Source: Octopus sinensis
Taxonomy: Eukaryota
Assembly (NCBI RefSeq): GCF_006345805.1
Contig: NC_043001.1
Coordinates: 64,294,001-64,358,000, forward strand
Direction of reading: 5' to 3'
Length of the DNA stretch: 64,000 nucleotides
The translations under genes and the position numbers were made by a program. A model generated the notes under the pieces. That model was not told where the DNA came from. It worked only from the letters and a program-made list of their open reading frames with translations, and did no database searches. Of this stretch, positions 1-9,942 are shown in pieces. How positions within the stretch are numbered: the stretch's first letter is position 1; every line of letters starts with the position of its first letter.

Positions 1-314
1 TACCCCCTTTACATCTCCTTATATCTCTTTATATCTTTATGCTCTACATTTTTATATTTTTCTATACTTACACTTTTTATACATTTTTTATCCATCGTCC
101 TGAATTCTCGCCCCTCCATCTTCACGTATATACATGTATTTATTTATTTACATTACTTCAACATCCATTTTTCCTCATCCTACATTGAGAGAAGAAAGAG
201 ATGGACGCTTCAATTCTATGCTGCTGCCGCATTATGTCGTACGCGAATGGGAGGATTTGCATCCCCAACCAAGAATTTTTGATGTAACACATGTCCTTGT
301 GGAAGCTGTTGTGC

Positions 315-392
315 GCGGCTGAAGAAGGCCACAGACATACATTATGCATTGTTATAAATCTGTCTAATAAAGGCCCGAAACATATGTACCGC
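315..392 (+). ncRNA. Minimal type I hammerhead ribozyme
   Basis: GCGG(315-318)-CTGAAGA(319-325)-A-GGCC...GGCC-C-GAAAC(377-381)-ATAT-GTA|CCGC(389-392). Stems I and II pair, inner ACAGA/TCTGT stem, palindromic short stem III; predicted cleavage after 388. Confidence 0.8.
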
Positions 393-428
393 TGAATCCT
401 TCGCATCATGTTTTTATTTTGATCAATT

Positions 429-454
429 TATATATATATATATATATATATATA
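429..454. repeat. (TA)n microsatellite
   Basis: Direct reading. Confidence 0.95.
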
Positions 455-619
455 CGTTTAAATATTTGTTGTGCAAGATTTTTTATGTGAAGTCGTGTGT
501 TGAAACAGATATTGTTATATTTCGGAATGGTCATTTTGCCAGTTTAGCCAATAAAAACACACGCACTATATATTTGCTTCAGTGTTATTTATTTTTTACA
601 TTAATCTTAATCTTATTTC

Positions 620-664
620 GGCCAGAGTTCTTTCGTCACACTCCTGTGACCGCATCAGTGGTCC
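620..664 (-). ncRNA. Hammerhead-like motif with variant core (CUGAUG-CG)
   Basis: Minus strand: GGACCA-CTGATGCG-GTCACA-GGAG-TGTGAC-GAAA-GAAC-TC|TGGCC. Perfect 6-bp stem II, stem I CCA/TGG, A9 position non-canonical. Confidence 0.6.
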
Positions 665-669
665 TTTGT

Positions 670-1233
670 TAATTTAACCTTTAAAGGTATTTTTTAATAT
701 GCTGGCCATTGATAAAATTTTTTTTCGAAAAAATGTTATCCTACATTAGATATAAATTTAATAGTGTTCACTTCCGGACTCTCCCACTCTGTGAGTGCCT
801 CAATTCAAATCGCACGTGTCTTGAATGGGCTGGAGTATTTCTATTTTGGATTTATTTGGGCTACTTAGTTGTGCTCGTGACTTAGTGTTTGCTTCTTCCA
901 TGGGTATGAGTAAGTATCTCATTTTCTTCTTTGCCACATGTATCACTGACGAAGGGAGGGTTCTTTTTGAACTAACCCTGAAATCGGTCCGATATGGTAA
1001 TAATGGAATTTTTTAGAGATTTCTGTTGACCTTTTTATCGAGTAGCGTGCGTACTAGGAAAAACATTATATGGTAAATGGACAATATGTCCAATTTTTCG
1101 GCATATTTGGCATTAAAAATTTTTTCGTTTGCCCTTATTTATAAGTTGTTTATAATTTAACCTTTAAAGGTATTTTTTAATATGCTGGCCATTGATAAAA
1201 TTTTTTTTTTTCGAAAAAATTTTATCCTACATA

Positions 1234-1240
<7 letters not shown>
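670..1240 (+). mobile_element. Non-coding ~483-nt unit with terminal direct repeat (PLE pseudo-LTR / retrozyme-like)
   Basis: ~85-bp direct repeat 670-754 / 1153-1240 (TAATTTAACCTTTAAAGGTATTTTTTAATATGCTGGCC...) enclosing an intact hammerhead. Confidence 0.65.
941..999 (+). ncRNA. Type I hammerhead ribozyme, intact core
   Basis: TATCA-CTGACGA(946-952)-AGGG..GGTTC-TTTTT-GAACT..CCCT-GAAA(980-983)-TCG-GTC-CGA-TA|TGGTA. All three stems pair; AUA cleavage triplet, cut after 994. Confidence 0.85.

Positions 1241-1280
<40 letters not shown>
1236..1280. repeat. (TA)n microsatellite
   Basis: Direct reading. Confidence 0.95.
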
Positions 1281-1281
<1 letters not shown>

Positions 1282-1289
1282 TAAGCAAT

Positions 1290-1775
1290 AAGGGTTTAGC
1301 AACGAGTTGCCTTACCACATACCGAATTTAGAAACAATGCGCTCTCTTATTTAAAATCTTTGTGCTGATGAAGAGAATGGTAGAATGAAGATGTAATTCT
1401 TGCATCTCCATATCGATCCAACTCACAAACGCGTCCACAAGTAATCAAATGCCGAGTGAATTTTTGTTATTTTTTCCTCTATGCCTACGTGAATTGTTTT
1501 TGAGTATACGTTGTCTGGGAGAGTCTTCTTATAGTGGAAGAAATAGCTAAGTTCTTTGGCTGCTATTTCTAAAAGCTCGGTATGTGGCAAAGCAAATATT
1601 TTTGCTGAACCCTAATTATAATTGTACTCATAATTATAAAATGTAATGTTTAAGTTTACCGTAAATGGTCCTTTTAACATGCTGAACACTACTTGGTGGA
1701 ATTATTAATTACTAATTAATTAATTAATTTTACCCTTTATTATCATTGATAATATAATTCTCTCCCCGATAATAA
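1290..1775 (+). mobile_element. Hammerhead-bearing non-coding repeat with inverted terminal segment (same family as 6344-6935)
   Basis: 1290-1334 is the inverted copy of 1566-1613; 1440-1745 aligns to the minus strand of 6344-6447 and 6710-6935. Confidence 0.6.
1360..1440 (+). ncRNA. Hammerhead ribozyme, probably inactivated (G12>C)
   Basis: TTGTG-CTGATGA(1365-1371)-AGAG...AGATGTAA/TTGCATCT...CTC-A-CAAACGCGTC|CACAA. GAAACGCGTC is the typical PLE hammerhead 3' half; here it reads CAAAC. Confidence 0.7.
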
Positions 1776-1942
1776 ACTACAGTTTTTTTTTTCTGTAGGA
1801 ATTTGTTGCTCAACAACACACATGGGTGGGTTAAGGAGAATAGAAAGCCTCATTCGTATGTTTTGAATTCGTTGGTACTGGATGTTGGATATAGTTTGTC
1901 TGATGTTACTTGAATCAGATGGGTATGTTCAATTCTTCGGCC

Positions 1943-2456
1943 TTTCTGTCTCTATCTATCGGCCTTTCTATCTCTACCTATCGGCCTTTCTGTCTCTTAA
2001 TTCCTAGCCCATGGCTTGTCGTGTCCCCCCTCTCTCTTATCACTATGTGCCTCTCTCTCTACCGACCGCCGCTCTGTCTGTGTCTATCCTCACTCTCTTT
2101 CGTCTCTACTTCCTACTTCCCCCCCTCCACAACTTCCTCCTCCCTACATAAACCAATGCACGCTGCTTGACCTTTATTTTTGACTTCGATACCCTGGCTG
2201 TAAACACGATCCTGAGGAGATGAGAAATCAGTTAAGATTCTTAAGTTTCCGACCTGCCATTTCTTTCATTGTATTTTTGCGTGTATTATCATCATAAGCC
2301 CTTATTATTTTCTTACTATTCTGCCTTCTCTTTAATTTGGAACATATTCTTTCACTCATGAAAATTTATCACACGTTATCTCAGTCTTCCGTCTCTATCT
2401 ATCAGTCTTTCTGTCTCTATCTATCGGCCTTTCTGTCTCTTAATTCCTAGCCCATG
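1943..2456 (+). repeat. ~443-nt unit with direct repeat (pseudo-LTR-like)
   Basis: TCGGCCTTTCTGTCTCTTAATTCCTAGCCCATG at 1981 and 2424; truncated CTGAGGA-stem motif at 2212-2250. Confidence 0.5.
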
Positions 2457-2459
2457 TTT

Positions 2460-5400
2460 GCCAGTTCGCGAGTTCGCCTGCCCTCTTACCCCTCCACCTG
2501 TACAGGAAGTCCCTATGTCGTCCTCCTTTGCTTGTCTCCCATGAACACCTAAAGGCCTTACGCCAACCCCACCTCTACTATATAAGGTAGTGATCATATA
2601 GTGCAAAACATGATAGTTTAGTATAAGCAGGTTGAACTTAAGATCATTGTTTGCTTATGAATTCTGCCAAATGCGAGTTTTCTTTTCAGGTACATGAAGC
2701 TACTGTCCACTGTCCCAGGGTCTCTAGGGCCCATACCTCCCACACCCTCAGGGTTAGCACTCTCAACGTCGGCACACTGAAAGGTAGGTCTGGTGAGATT
2801 GTTGAAATGCTTGAACGGAGATGTGTTGATATGTGCTGTATCCAAGAAGTAAGGTGGAGAGGAGGTTCTGCTAGGTTCCTTACAGACAAAGAACACAGGT
2901 ACAAGATTTTCTGGGCAGGGAACACTGACGGGGTTGGGGGTGTGGGTATACTTCTTGCGGAGAAATGGGTAGATAAAGTAATTGAGGTAGTCAGAGTATG
3001 CGACAGAATACTTAAGATTAGATTAGTGCTCCATCATGGGTTAGCAACGACTATCTCAGCCAGGGCTACCGATGGACAGAAAGACTGATTCTATGACACC
3101 CTCTTGCAGACTACTGCGTTGACGAATGACAGGGACCTTCTCTTTGTGGCTGGCGACTTCAATGGACATGTTGGACAACATACAGGGGGCTTCCATGGCA
3201 TACATGGAGGCTACGGTTTTGGCTCTTGCAATGAGGAGGGAACCAGGCTGCTGGAGTTCTGTGATGCAAATGATCTTATGGTTTGCAATACTAACTTCAG
3301 GAAACCTGCCAGCCACCTAGTCACCTACCGCTCTGGCAGACACACTAGTCAGATCGACTACATCCTCACCAGAAAAAGGGAAAGATGGCTGCTTATAAAT
3401 GCGAAAACCTTCCCAGGCGAAGAATGTACCCCACAACATAGACTAGTAGTTAGTGACTTCAGGATCAGGGCTAAATGGATGCCCAGAAGACGATCAGCAA
3501 GAAGGGTCTGGAGACTTAAAGATCCTGCAAATGGACAGAGATTTAGAGACATATTACTCGAAGCCTTTGACGAAATAGAAGGAGGTTCCTACAGGACAAC
3601 CTACAAAGGGCCACCAACCAGATCTGTGGATGGTGCAAAGTCCCCTCCCGACCCAAAATAACGTTGACAGGGCTATTAGACAAAAGAAACAGGCTTGGAA
3701 GGACGGTGGTAGCAGGGAAGTGTATCAAACTGCTAGGAGGCAGGTTTATTTAGCCAGAGGGGAAGCAGATAAGAAAAAAATTGCCAATGTTCTGCGCCGT
3801 GAGGACGAAAGACTTGAGGTATTCCGTGTTGCAAGACAGTGTGTGAGAGAGAATCGTGACGTGGTAGGTTAGAAATGTGTTCGCATGGATGATGGTTCTT
3901 TTGCACTGAATGAGGATGAAAAGAGAGAGGTTTGGAGACACCATTATGAAAGGCTGCTGAATAAGGAAAATGAATGGGATAAAGAGTCTGCTGAATATCG
4001 ACCCAACAGAGAGACCAGCTATCCGAGTTGACAGGTCGTTAGTAGTTAAGGCAATTAGAAGCATGAAGACAGGGAAAGCCCCAGGCCCATCAGGAATTAC
4101 TGCAGAGATGCTTAAAATATCTGGTAGTGTCAGTTATAGCCTAGTCACCCATATAGTTAACCAGGTGATACACGAAGGAGTCATACCCAATGACTGGTGT
4201 AGCAGCATAATAGTCAACTGCTACAAAGGTAACGGTGACGCTTTAGATACAAATAATTACAGAGGTATCAAGCTGTTGGATCAGGTAATGAAGGTTATGG
4301 AAAGGGTCATAGCCCAACTGATTAGGGAGAGAGTCAGCTTGGATGAGATGCAGTTTGGTTTCATGCTAGGGAAAAGCACCACTGATGCCATATTTCTGGT
4401 AAGACAGCTGCAGGAGAAATACCTAGCCAAAGATAAGCCCCTGTGCCTGGCTTTCATTGACATGGAGAAAGCCTTTGATAGGGTCCCCCAATCCCTTATC
4501 TGGTGGTCAATGAGGAAACTAGGGATTGATGAATGGTTAGTGAGAGCTGTGCAAACCATGTATAGGGACGCTGTAAGTAAGGTGAGGGTTGGCAACGAGT
4601 ACACTGAAGAATTCAGGGTAGTTGTAGGGGTCCACCAAGGTTCAGTCCTCAGTCCCCTCCTATTTATCATAGTCCTCCGGGCAATAATGGAAGAATTCAA
4701 GACAGGATGCCCCTGGGAGCTCCTATATGCTGATGACCTTGCTCTAATTGCTGAGTCACTATCAGGACTAGAGGCAAAGTTTCAAGTGTAGAAACAAGGA
4801 CTAGAATCGAAGGGCCTTAGTGTGAACCTCAATAAAACCAAAGTCCTAATATGTAGGAAGGCAGGCAAATCACAAACGCCTTCAGGTAGATGGCCCTGCT
4901 CGATCTGTAGAAAAGGCATAGGTAGAAACTCTATAAGATGCACCAAGTGTAAGCTATGGACACATAAGAGGTGCAGCAATGTCAAAGGAAGGCTAACTAG
5001 GAAGATAGTTTTTGTATGTGGCAGATGCTCAGGAGCAATAAACACTGAAAATGTGCAGAGACCAACTTCCGCCACATTCCAGGGAGAAAAACTTGAAATA
5101 GTTGATAGCTTCTGTTACCTAGGTGACCAAGTCAGTAGCTGGGGCGGATGTGCTGAAAGTGTAACTGCTAGAATAAGAATAGCCTGGGCAAAGTTCAGAG
5201 AGCTCTTACCTCTGTTGGTGTCAAAAGGCCTCTCGCTCAGAGTAAAAGGCAGACTGTATGACGCATGTGTATGAACAGCCATGCTACATGGCAGTGAAAC
5301 ATGGGCCGTGACTGCTGAGGATATGCATAAGCTCACAAGAAATGAAGCCAGTATGCTCCGATGGATGTGTAATGTCAGTGTTCATACTCGACAGAGTGTA

Positions 5401-6210
5401 AGTACCTTGAGAGAAACGTTGGACTTAAGAAGCATCAGTTGTGGTGTGCAAGAGAGACGTTTGCGCTGGTATGGTGATGTAGCGAGAATGGATGAAGATA
5501 GTTGTGTGAAAAAGTGCCACACCCTAGCGGTTGAGGGAACCTGTGGAAGAGGTAGACCCAGGAAAACCTGGGACGAGGTGGTGAAGCACAACCTTCGAAC
5601 TTTAGGTCTCACCGAGGAAATAACTAGAGACCGAGACCTTTGGAGGTATGCTGTGCATGAGAGGACCCAGCGGGACTAGTGAGACCATAACCCGTGGCCT
5701 CTACCTGGGATGTAGCTGGTCCACTTATGCATACCTTTCCTTCTTGGGACACAAAACTCTACTTGTGAAGACCTGTTGAGGCAAGTGAAAATCGAAATCG
5801 ATCAACATCAATGGAAATTGTAGTTGTGATACCATTGGCATGTAAGAGAACCAACTGAACTTGGCCGTTGCCAGCGCCGCCCTGACTGGCCTCCGTGCTG
5901 GTGGCACGTAAAATGCACCATCCGATTGTAGCTGTTGCCAGCCTCGTCTCGCCTCCGAGCCAGTGGCACATAAAGCGCACCATCTGATCGTGGCCGTTTG
6001 CCAGCTTCGTCTGGCACCTGTGCTGGTGGCATGTAAAAAGCACCCACTACACTCACAGAGTGGTTGGCGTTAGGAAGGGCATCCAGCTGTAGAAACTCTG
6101 CCAGATCAGACTGGGCCTGGTGCAGCCTTCTGGCTTCCCAGATCCCAGTTGAACCGTCCAACCCATGCTAGCATGGAAAGCGGATGTTAAACGATGATGA
6201 TGATGATGAT
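2460..6210 (+). mobile_element. Near full-length RTE-clade LINE (APE endonuclease, RT with PHD insert), disrupted
   Basis: TLNVGTLKG, CIQEVRW, GDFNGHVG, QIDY (APE); NYRGIKLL, QFGF, HQGSVLSP, LYADD (RT); GRGRPRKTW; 3'UTR tandem repeats and (GAT)n tail at 6193-6210. Confidence 0.95.
2657..5679 (+). pseudogene. RTE polyprotein, broken by frameshifts and stops
   Basis: ORF pieces 2651-3088, 3104-3661, 3630-3872, 3970-4791, 4822-5274, 5281-5679 are collinear. Confidence 0.9.
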
Positions 6211-6343
6211 ATATATATATACACACACACACATATATATATATGGAAATAGAACTTCTAAAATTGAGGGCTCAGACGAATGAAGAGATCAACCAAGAAA
6301 TTAACAAAATGACTCAAGGCCTCGACTTAGAGATCTCCAAACT

Positions 6344-6935
6344 GGAGTTAAAAATTCCTTTTCTACTACTATAAGAATCTCCCAGACAGTAACACATTTT
6401 TTTACGTAGGCAAAGAAAAAAATAATGAATTAACACGACTTCGATTAGCTATAGACGCGCTTTGAGTTTAAAGTATTTAATTTACTTACTTCCTGTCATC
6501 AGTGTAGCATTTCCATTATAAAATTTGAAAGTGCTAGGGTTAAATACACACACGATCAAGCAATATTGTGCAACAGATATCCGACCAACACTTCCAAAAT
6601 TTACACAGCCGAATATGAATACATATTTATCCCTTGTACCCACGTGTATGTTACGAGCAGTACCGCAGAAAACTGTAATATTCAATCATGGAGTAAATTA
6701 TAATTAAAAATGAATAATAAAAGGGTAAAATTAATTAATTAATTAATCAATCAATTAATTAATAATTTAACCAAGTAGATTGGTACATTAAAATAGCCTT
6801 CATAGGTAAAATCTATAATTAGGTGAAGCTAATTGCTTCACCGCATACCAAATTTAGAAATAGGAGTTAAAAATTCCTTTTCTCCTACCGTAAGAATCTC
6901 CCAGACAGTAACACACTTTTTTACATAGGCAAAGA
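6344..6935 (-). mobile_element. Non-coding ~519-nt unit with 73-bp direct repeat, containing a hammerhead
   Basis: Direct repeat 6344-6416 / 6863-6935 (GGAGTTAAAAATTCCTTTTCT...GAATCTCCCAGACAGTAACACA). Confidence 0.65.
6448..6508 (-). ncRNA. Degenerate hammerhead ribozyme
   Basis: Minus: GCTACA-CTGATGA-CAG...CTC-AAAG-CGCGTC|TATAGC. Stem I pairs 5/6; GAAA box mutated. Confidence 0.6.
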
Positions 6936-6971
6936 GATATATATACACACATATATAAAATATATATATAT

Positions 6972-7606
6972 AATAAATAATATTAGGGTAATAAAAATTA
7001 TAGAAATTATTATTACCAAAAAAATAGTCAATAGACAATATATTATTCACATAATAATGTGGCCATGGTCAAGGAACTAAATTAGATGGTAAACATTTTT
7101 AATTTTCAATCCTTTCGAGAATTTATCCATAATTAGTGGTTTGAGTTTTCTACTGCTCTTTCTAGCACAAGGCTTTCCTATTTGGAAGCCTCTTAATGTG
7201 TTCTAATGTCCACAATATTTTTATGTGAATAATATATAGTCTATTAACTATTTTTTTGTGCTAGGCCACTGGTAATAATAATTTCGATAATTCTTATTAC
7301 CCTAATATTATTTATGTTTAAATATTTTTTGCTAGATTTGTTCAAAATTTTTACCGGCATCCTCTCTGTCGCCAGAAATAAACTGCATCGATGCGGTTGT
7401 TTTGAAAAATTAGGATAATTTTTTTACTGGAATGAGTTAGAAACCATGGTCTAGGAACTAAATTAGATGCTAAACGTTTTCAATTTTCAATCCTTTTGAG
7501 AATTTATCCATAATTAGTGGTTTGAGTTTTCTACTGCTCTTTCTAGCATAAGGTTTTCCTATTTGGAAGCCTCTTAATGTGTTCTAATGTACATGATATT
7601 TTTATG
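6972..7606. repeat. Tandem plus inverted repeat unit (381-nt period)
   Basis: Direct repeat 7063-7225 / 7444-7606; ~6972-7062 is the inverted copy of ~7209-7315. Confidence 0.7.
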
Positions 7607-7612
7607 CATATA

Positions 7613-8720
7613 TCATCATCATCATTTAACGTCAGTTTTCCATGCCAGCATAGGTTGGACGGTTCGACCGGGGTCTGGTAAGCCATGGAGGCTGCACCAG
7701 GCTCTAGTCTGATTTGGCAGTGTTTCTACAGCTGGATGCCTTTCCTACCACTCGGCAAGTGTAGTGGGTGTTTTTACGTGCCACCGGCACAGGGGCCAGT
7801 GCAGGCTGGCAAACGGCCACGATTGGTTGGTGCTTTTATGTGTCACCAACACGGATGCCAGTCAGGCAACACTAGTATCTGCCACGTTCGGACGGTGCTC
7901 TTTACATGTCACCAGCACGGGTGTCTTAACTAAAATTTCCATTTGAATTTTTATTTTGATGTTGACGTACTTGACTCAACAGGTCTCCTCAAGAACAGTG
8001 GGTCACTCTATGATCCAAGGTTAGCACAGCAGGCCGTCCTACGGGCATGAACTCGCTTCATTTGTTGGGTCTTCGAATCCTCAAGAACAGCGGGTCACTC
8101 TACGATCCAAGGTTAGCACAGCAGGGCGTCCTGCGAGCCATGAACTCACTTCATTTGTCGGGTCTTCACAGTCACAGCATATCTCCAGAGGTCTCGGTCT
8201 TTCGTCATAGCCTCTGTGAGGCTCAAAGTACGAAGGTCATGCTTGACCACCTCGTCCAATGTCTTCCTGGGTCTACCTCTACCCCGGATTCAACAGTTTG
8301 GGAGTGGCACTTCTTCACACATCTCTCATCCATCCGTAGTACATGATCATACCAACGCAATCGTCTCTCCTGCATGCTGCATCCAATGCTTCTTATGCCC
8401 AACATTTCTCTCAGGATGCTTACACTCTGTCGTGCAAGGACACTGACATTACACATACAGCGGATCATGCTAGCTTCATTTCTTTCAAGCCTACGCATGT
8501 CCTCAGCAGTCACAGCCCATGTTTCGCTGCCATGAAGCATGGCAGTTCGCACATATGCATCGTACAATCTACCTTTCACTCTAAGCGAGAGACCCTTTGT
8601 CGCCAGTAGGGGGAGAAGCTTCCTAAACTTTGCCCAAGCTATTCTTATTCTAGTGGTAATGCTCTCTGAGCATCCACCCCTGCTACTAACTTGGTCACCT
8701 AGCTAGCAGAAACTATCATC
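7613..8720 (-). mobile_element. 5'-truncated RTE LINE
   Basis: KGRLYDAYVRTAMLHGSETW ORF 8223-8579; 3'UTR motifs; (CAT)n tail at 7613-7625. Confidence 0.9.
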
Positions 8721-8724
8721 TTCT

Positions 8725-9381
8725 ATGCTTGGGTGACCCTCAACTGTATTCGTCTTTGCTTAGATAAAATGACAAAATTGTGGGTGTTAAGTCCCCATGA
8801 AGGTGTCTTTCTAACTTGTAAGATGAAATTTTTGTTTGTATCTAATATTAAAATTTCATTAACAGCAAAAATATATGAATTGTCATGGGGATTTTGGCCC
8901 TTATGCATAGAATATAATTTCCAAATTTCATAAAGATCCATTCAGTATTTTTGACTTAGTTTTGGATCATAAAAGAAATTACTAAAATTTGGGAGTTAAG
9001 GCCCCCATTAGGATGTCTTAGAATCCTCATGTGAAGTGGAAACTGAGAATACTTCTTGATGTGTGTCAATGACCCATGGTTGAAATTTCTTCAACATTGA
9101 AAATTTATTAATTTTCATGGGGGTTCTTCCCCCTTTAAGCCATCTGAAATTCAAGCCTAACGTATTTCATTATACCTGCCCTTATGCATTGAAGCTAAGT
9201 TTCAAATGTCATAAGGATCCATTCAGTAATTTTGGTCCATGAAATTGTATGAAACACACAGCATTACCCTTCTCACTAGGCTAGGATTTTGTGTTCCAAA
9301 TTTCATTATGATTGGTGCAGCAGTTTTCGAATGTATAAGTAATGCACAAACACATTAAGACATTGTCTTTGATATAATAGA
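8725..9381 (-). mobile_element. Non-autonomous Helitron-like remnant
   Basis: Minus 5' end A|TCTATTATATCAAAG...ACCAATCATAATGAAATTTGG; internal repeats; 3' end not seen. Confidence 0.45.
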
Positions 9382-9399
9382 TATGAATGTGCACATATT

Positions 9400-9942
9400 C
9401 ATAAAGAGTCTGCCAAATGTTGACCCAACTGAGGGATCAGTAACCTGGCAACCAATATAGTTAATCAGATTGTCCACGAGGGAGTCATACCCAACGATTG
9501 GTGTAACAGCATTATAGTCAACTGCTACAATGGCAAAGGCGATACCTAAGACACAAATAATTACAAGGGCATCAAATCGCTGGACCAGGTAATGAAAGTT
9601 ACAGAAAGGGTTATAACTCAATAAATTAGGAAAAGAGTTAGTGTAGATGAGATGCAGTTTGGATTTGTGCCTGGCAGGAGCACAACTGGTGCTATATTCC
9701 TGGTTAGACAACTGCAGGAGAAATATTTAGCCAAAAAGAAATCCCTGTACCTATCTTTTGATGATATGGAGCAAGCCTTTGATAAGGTCTCCCACTCCAT
9801 TATCTAGTGGTCAATGCAGAAGCTAGGGATAGATGAGTGATTAGTGAGAGAGGTACAAGCCATGTACAGGTTTGCTGCCAATAAGGTAAAGTCTCCAATG
9901 AGTACAGCAATGAATTTTGTGTACAAGTTGGTGGTCACACTT
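9400..9942 (+). mobile_element. RTE RT fragment
   Basis: Encodes NYKGIKSL, QFGFVPGRST, LQEKYLAK with stops. Confidence 0.85.

Noticed and set aside
4730-4737. CTGATGA boxes at ~4730, 12347, 43515, 14006, 31812, 62578
   Set aside because: Codons of YADD or transposase/Helitron coding sequence; no stems or GAAA partner
2657-5679. Active, intact RTE
   Set aside because: Several frameshifts and in-frame stops (e.g. 3870, 4789, 5272)
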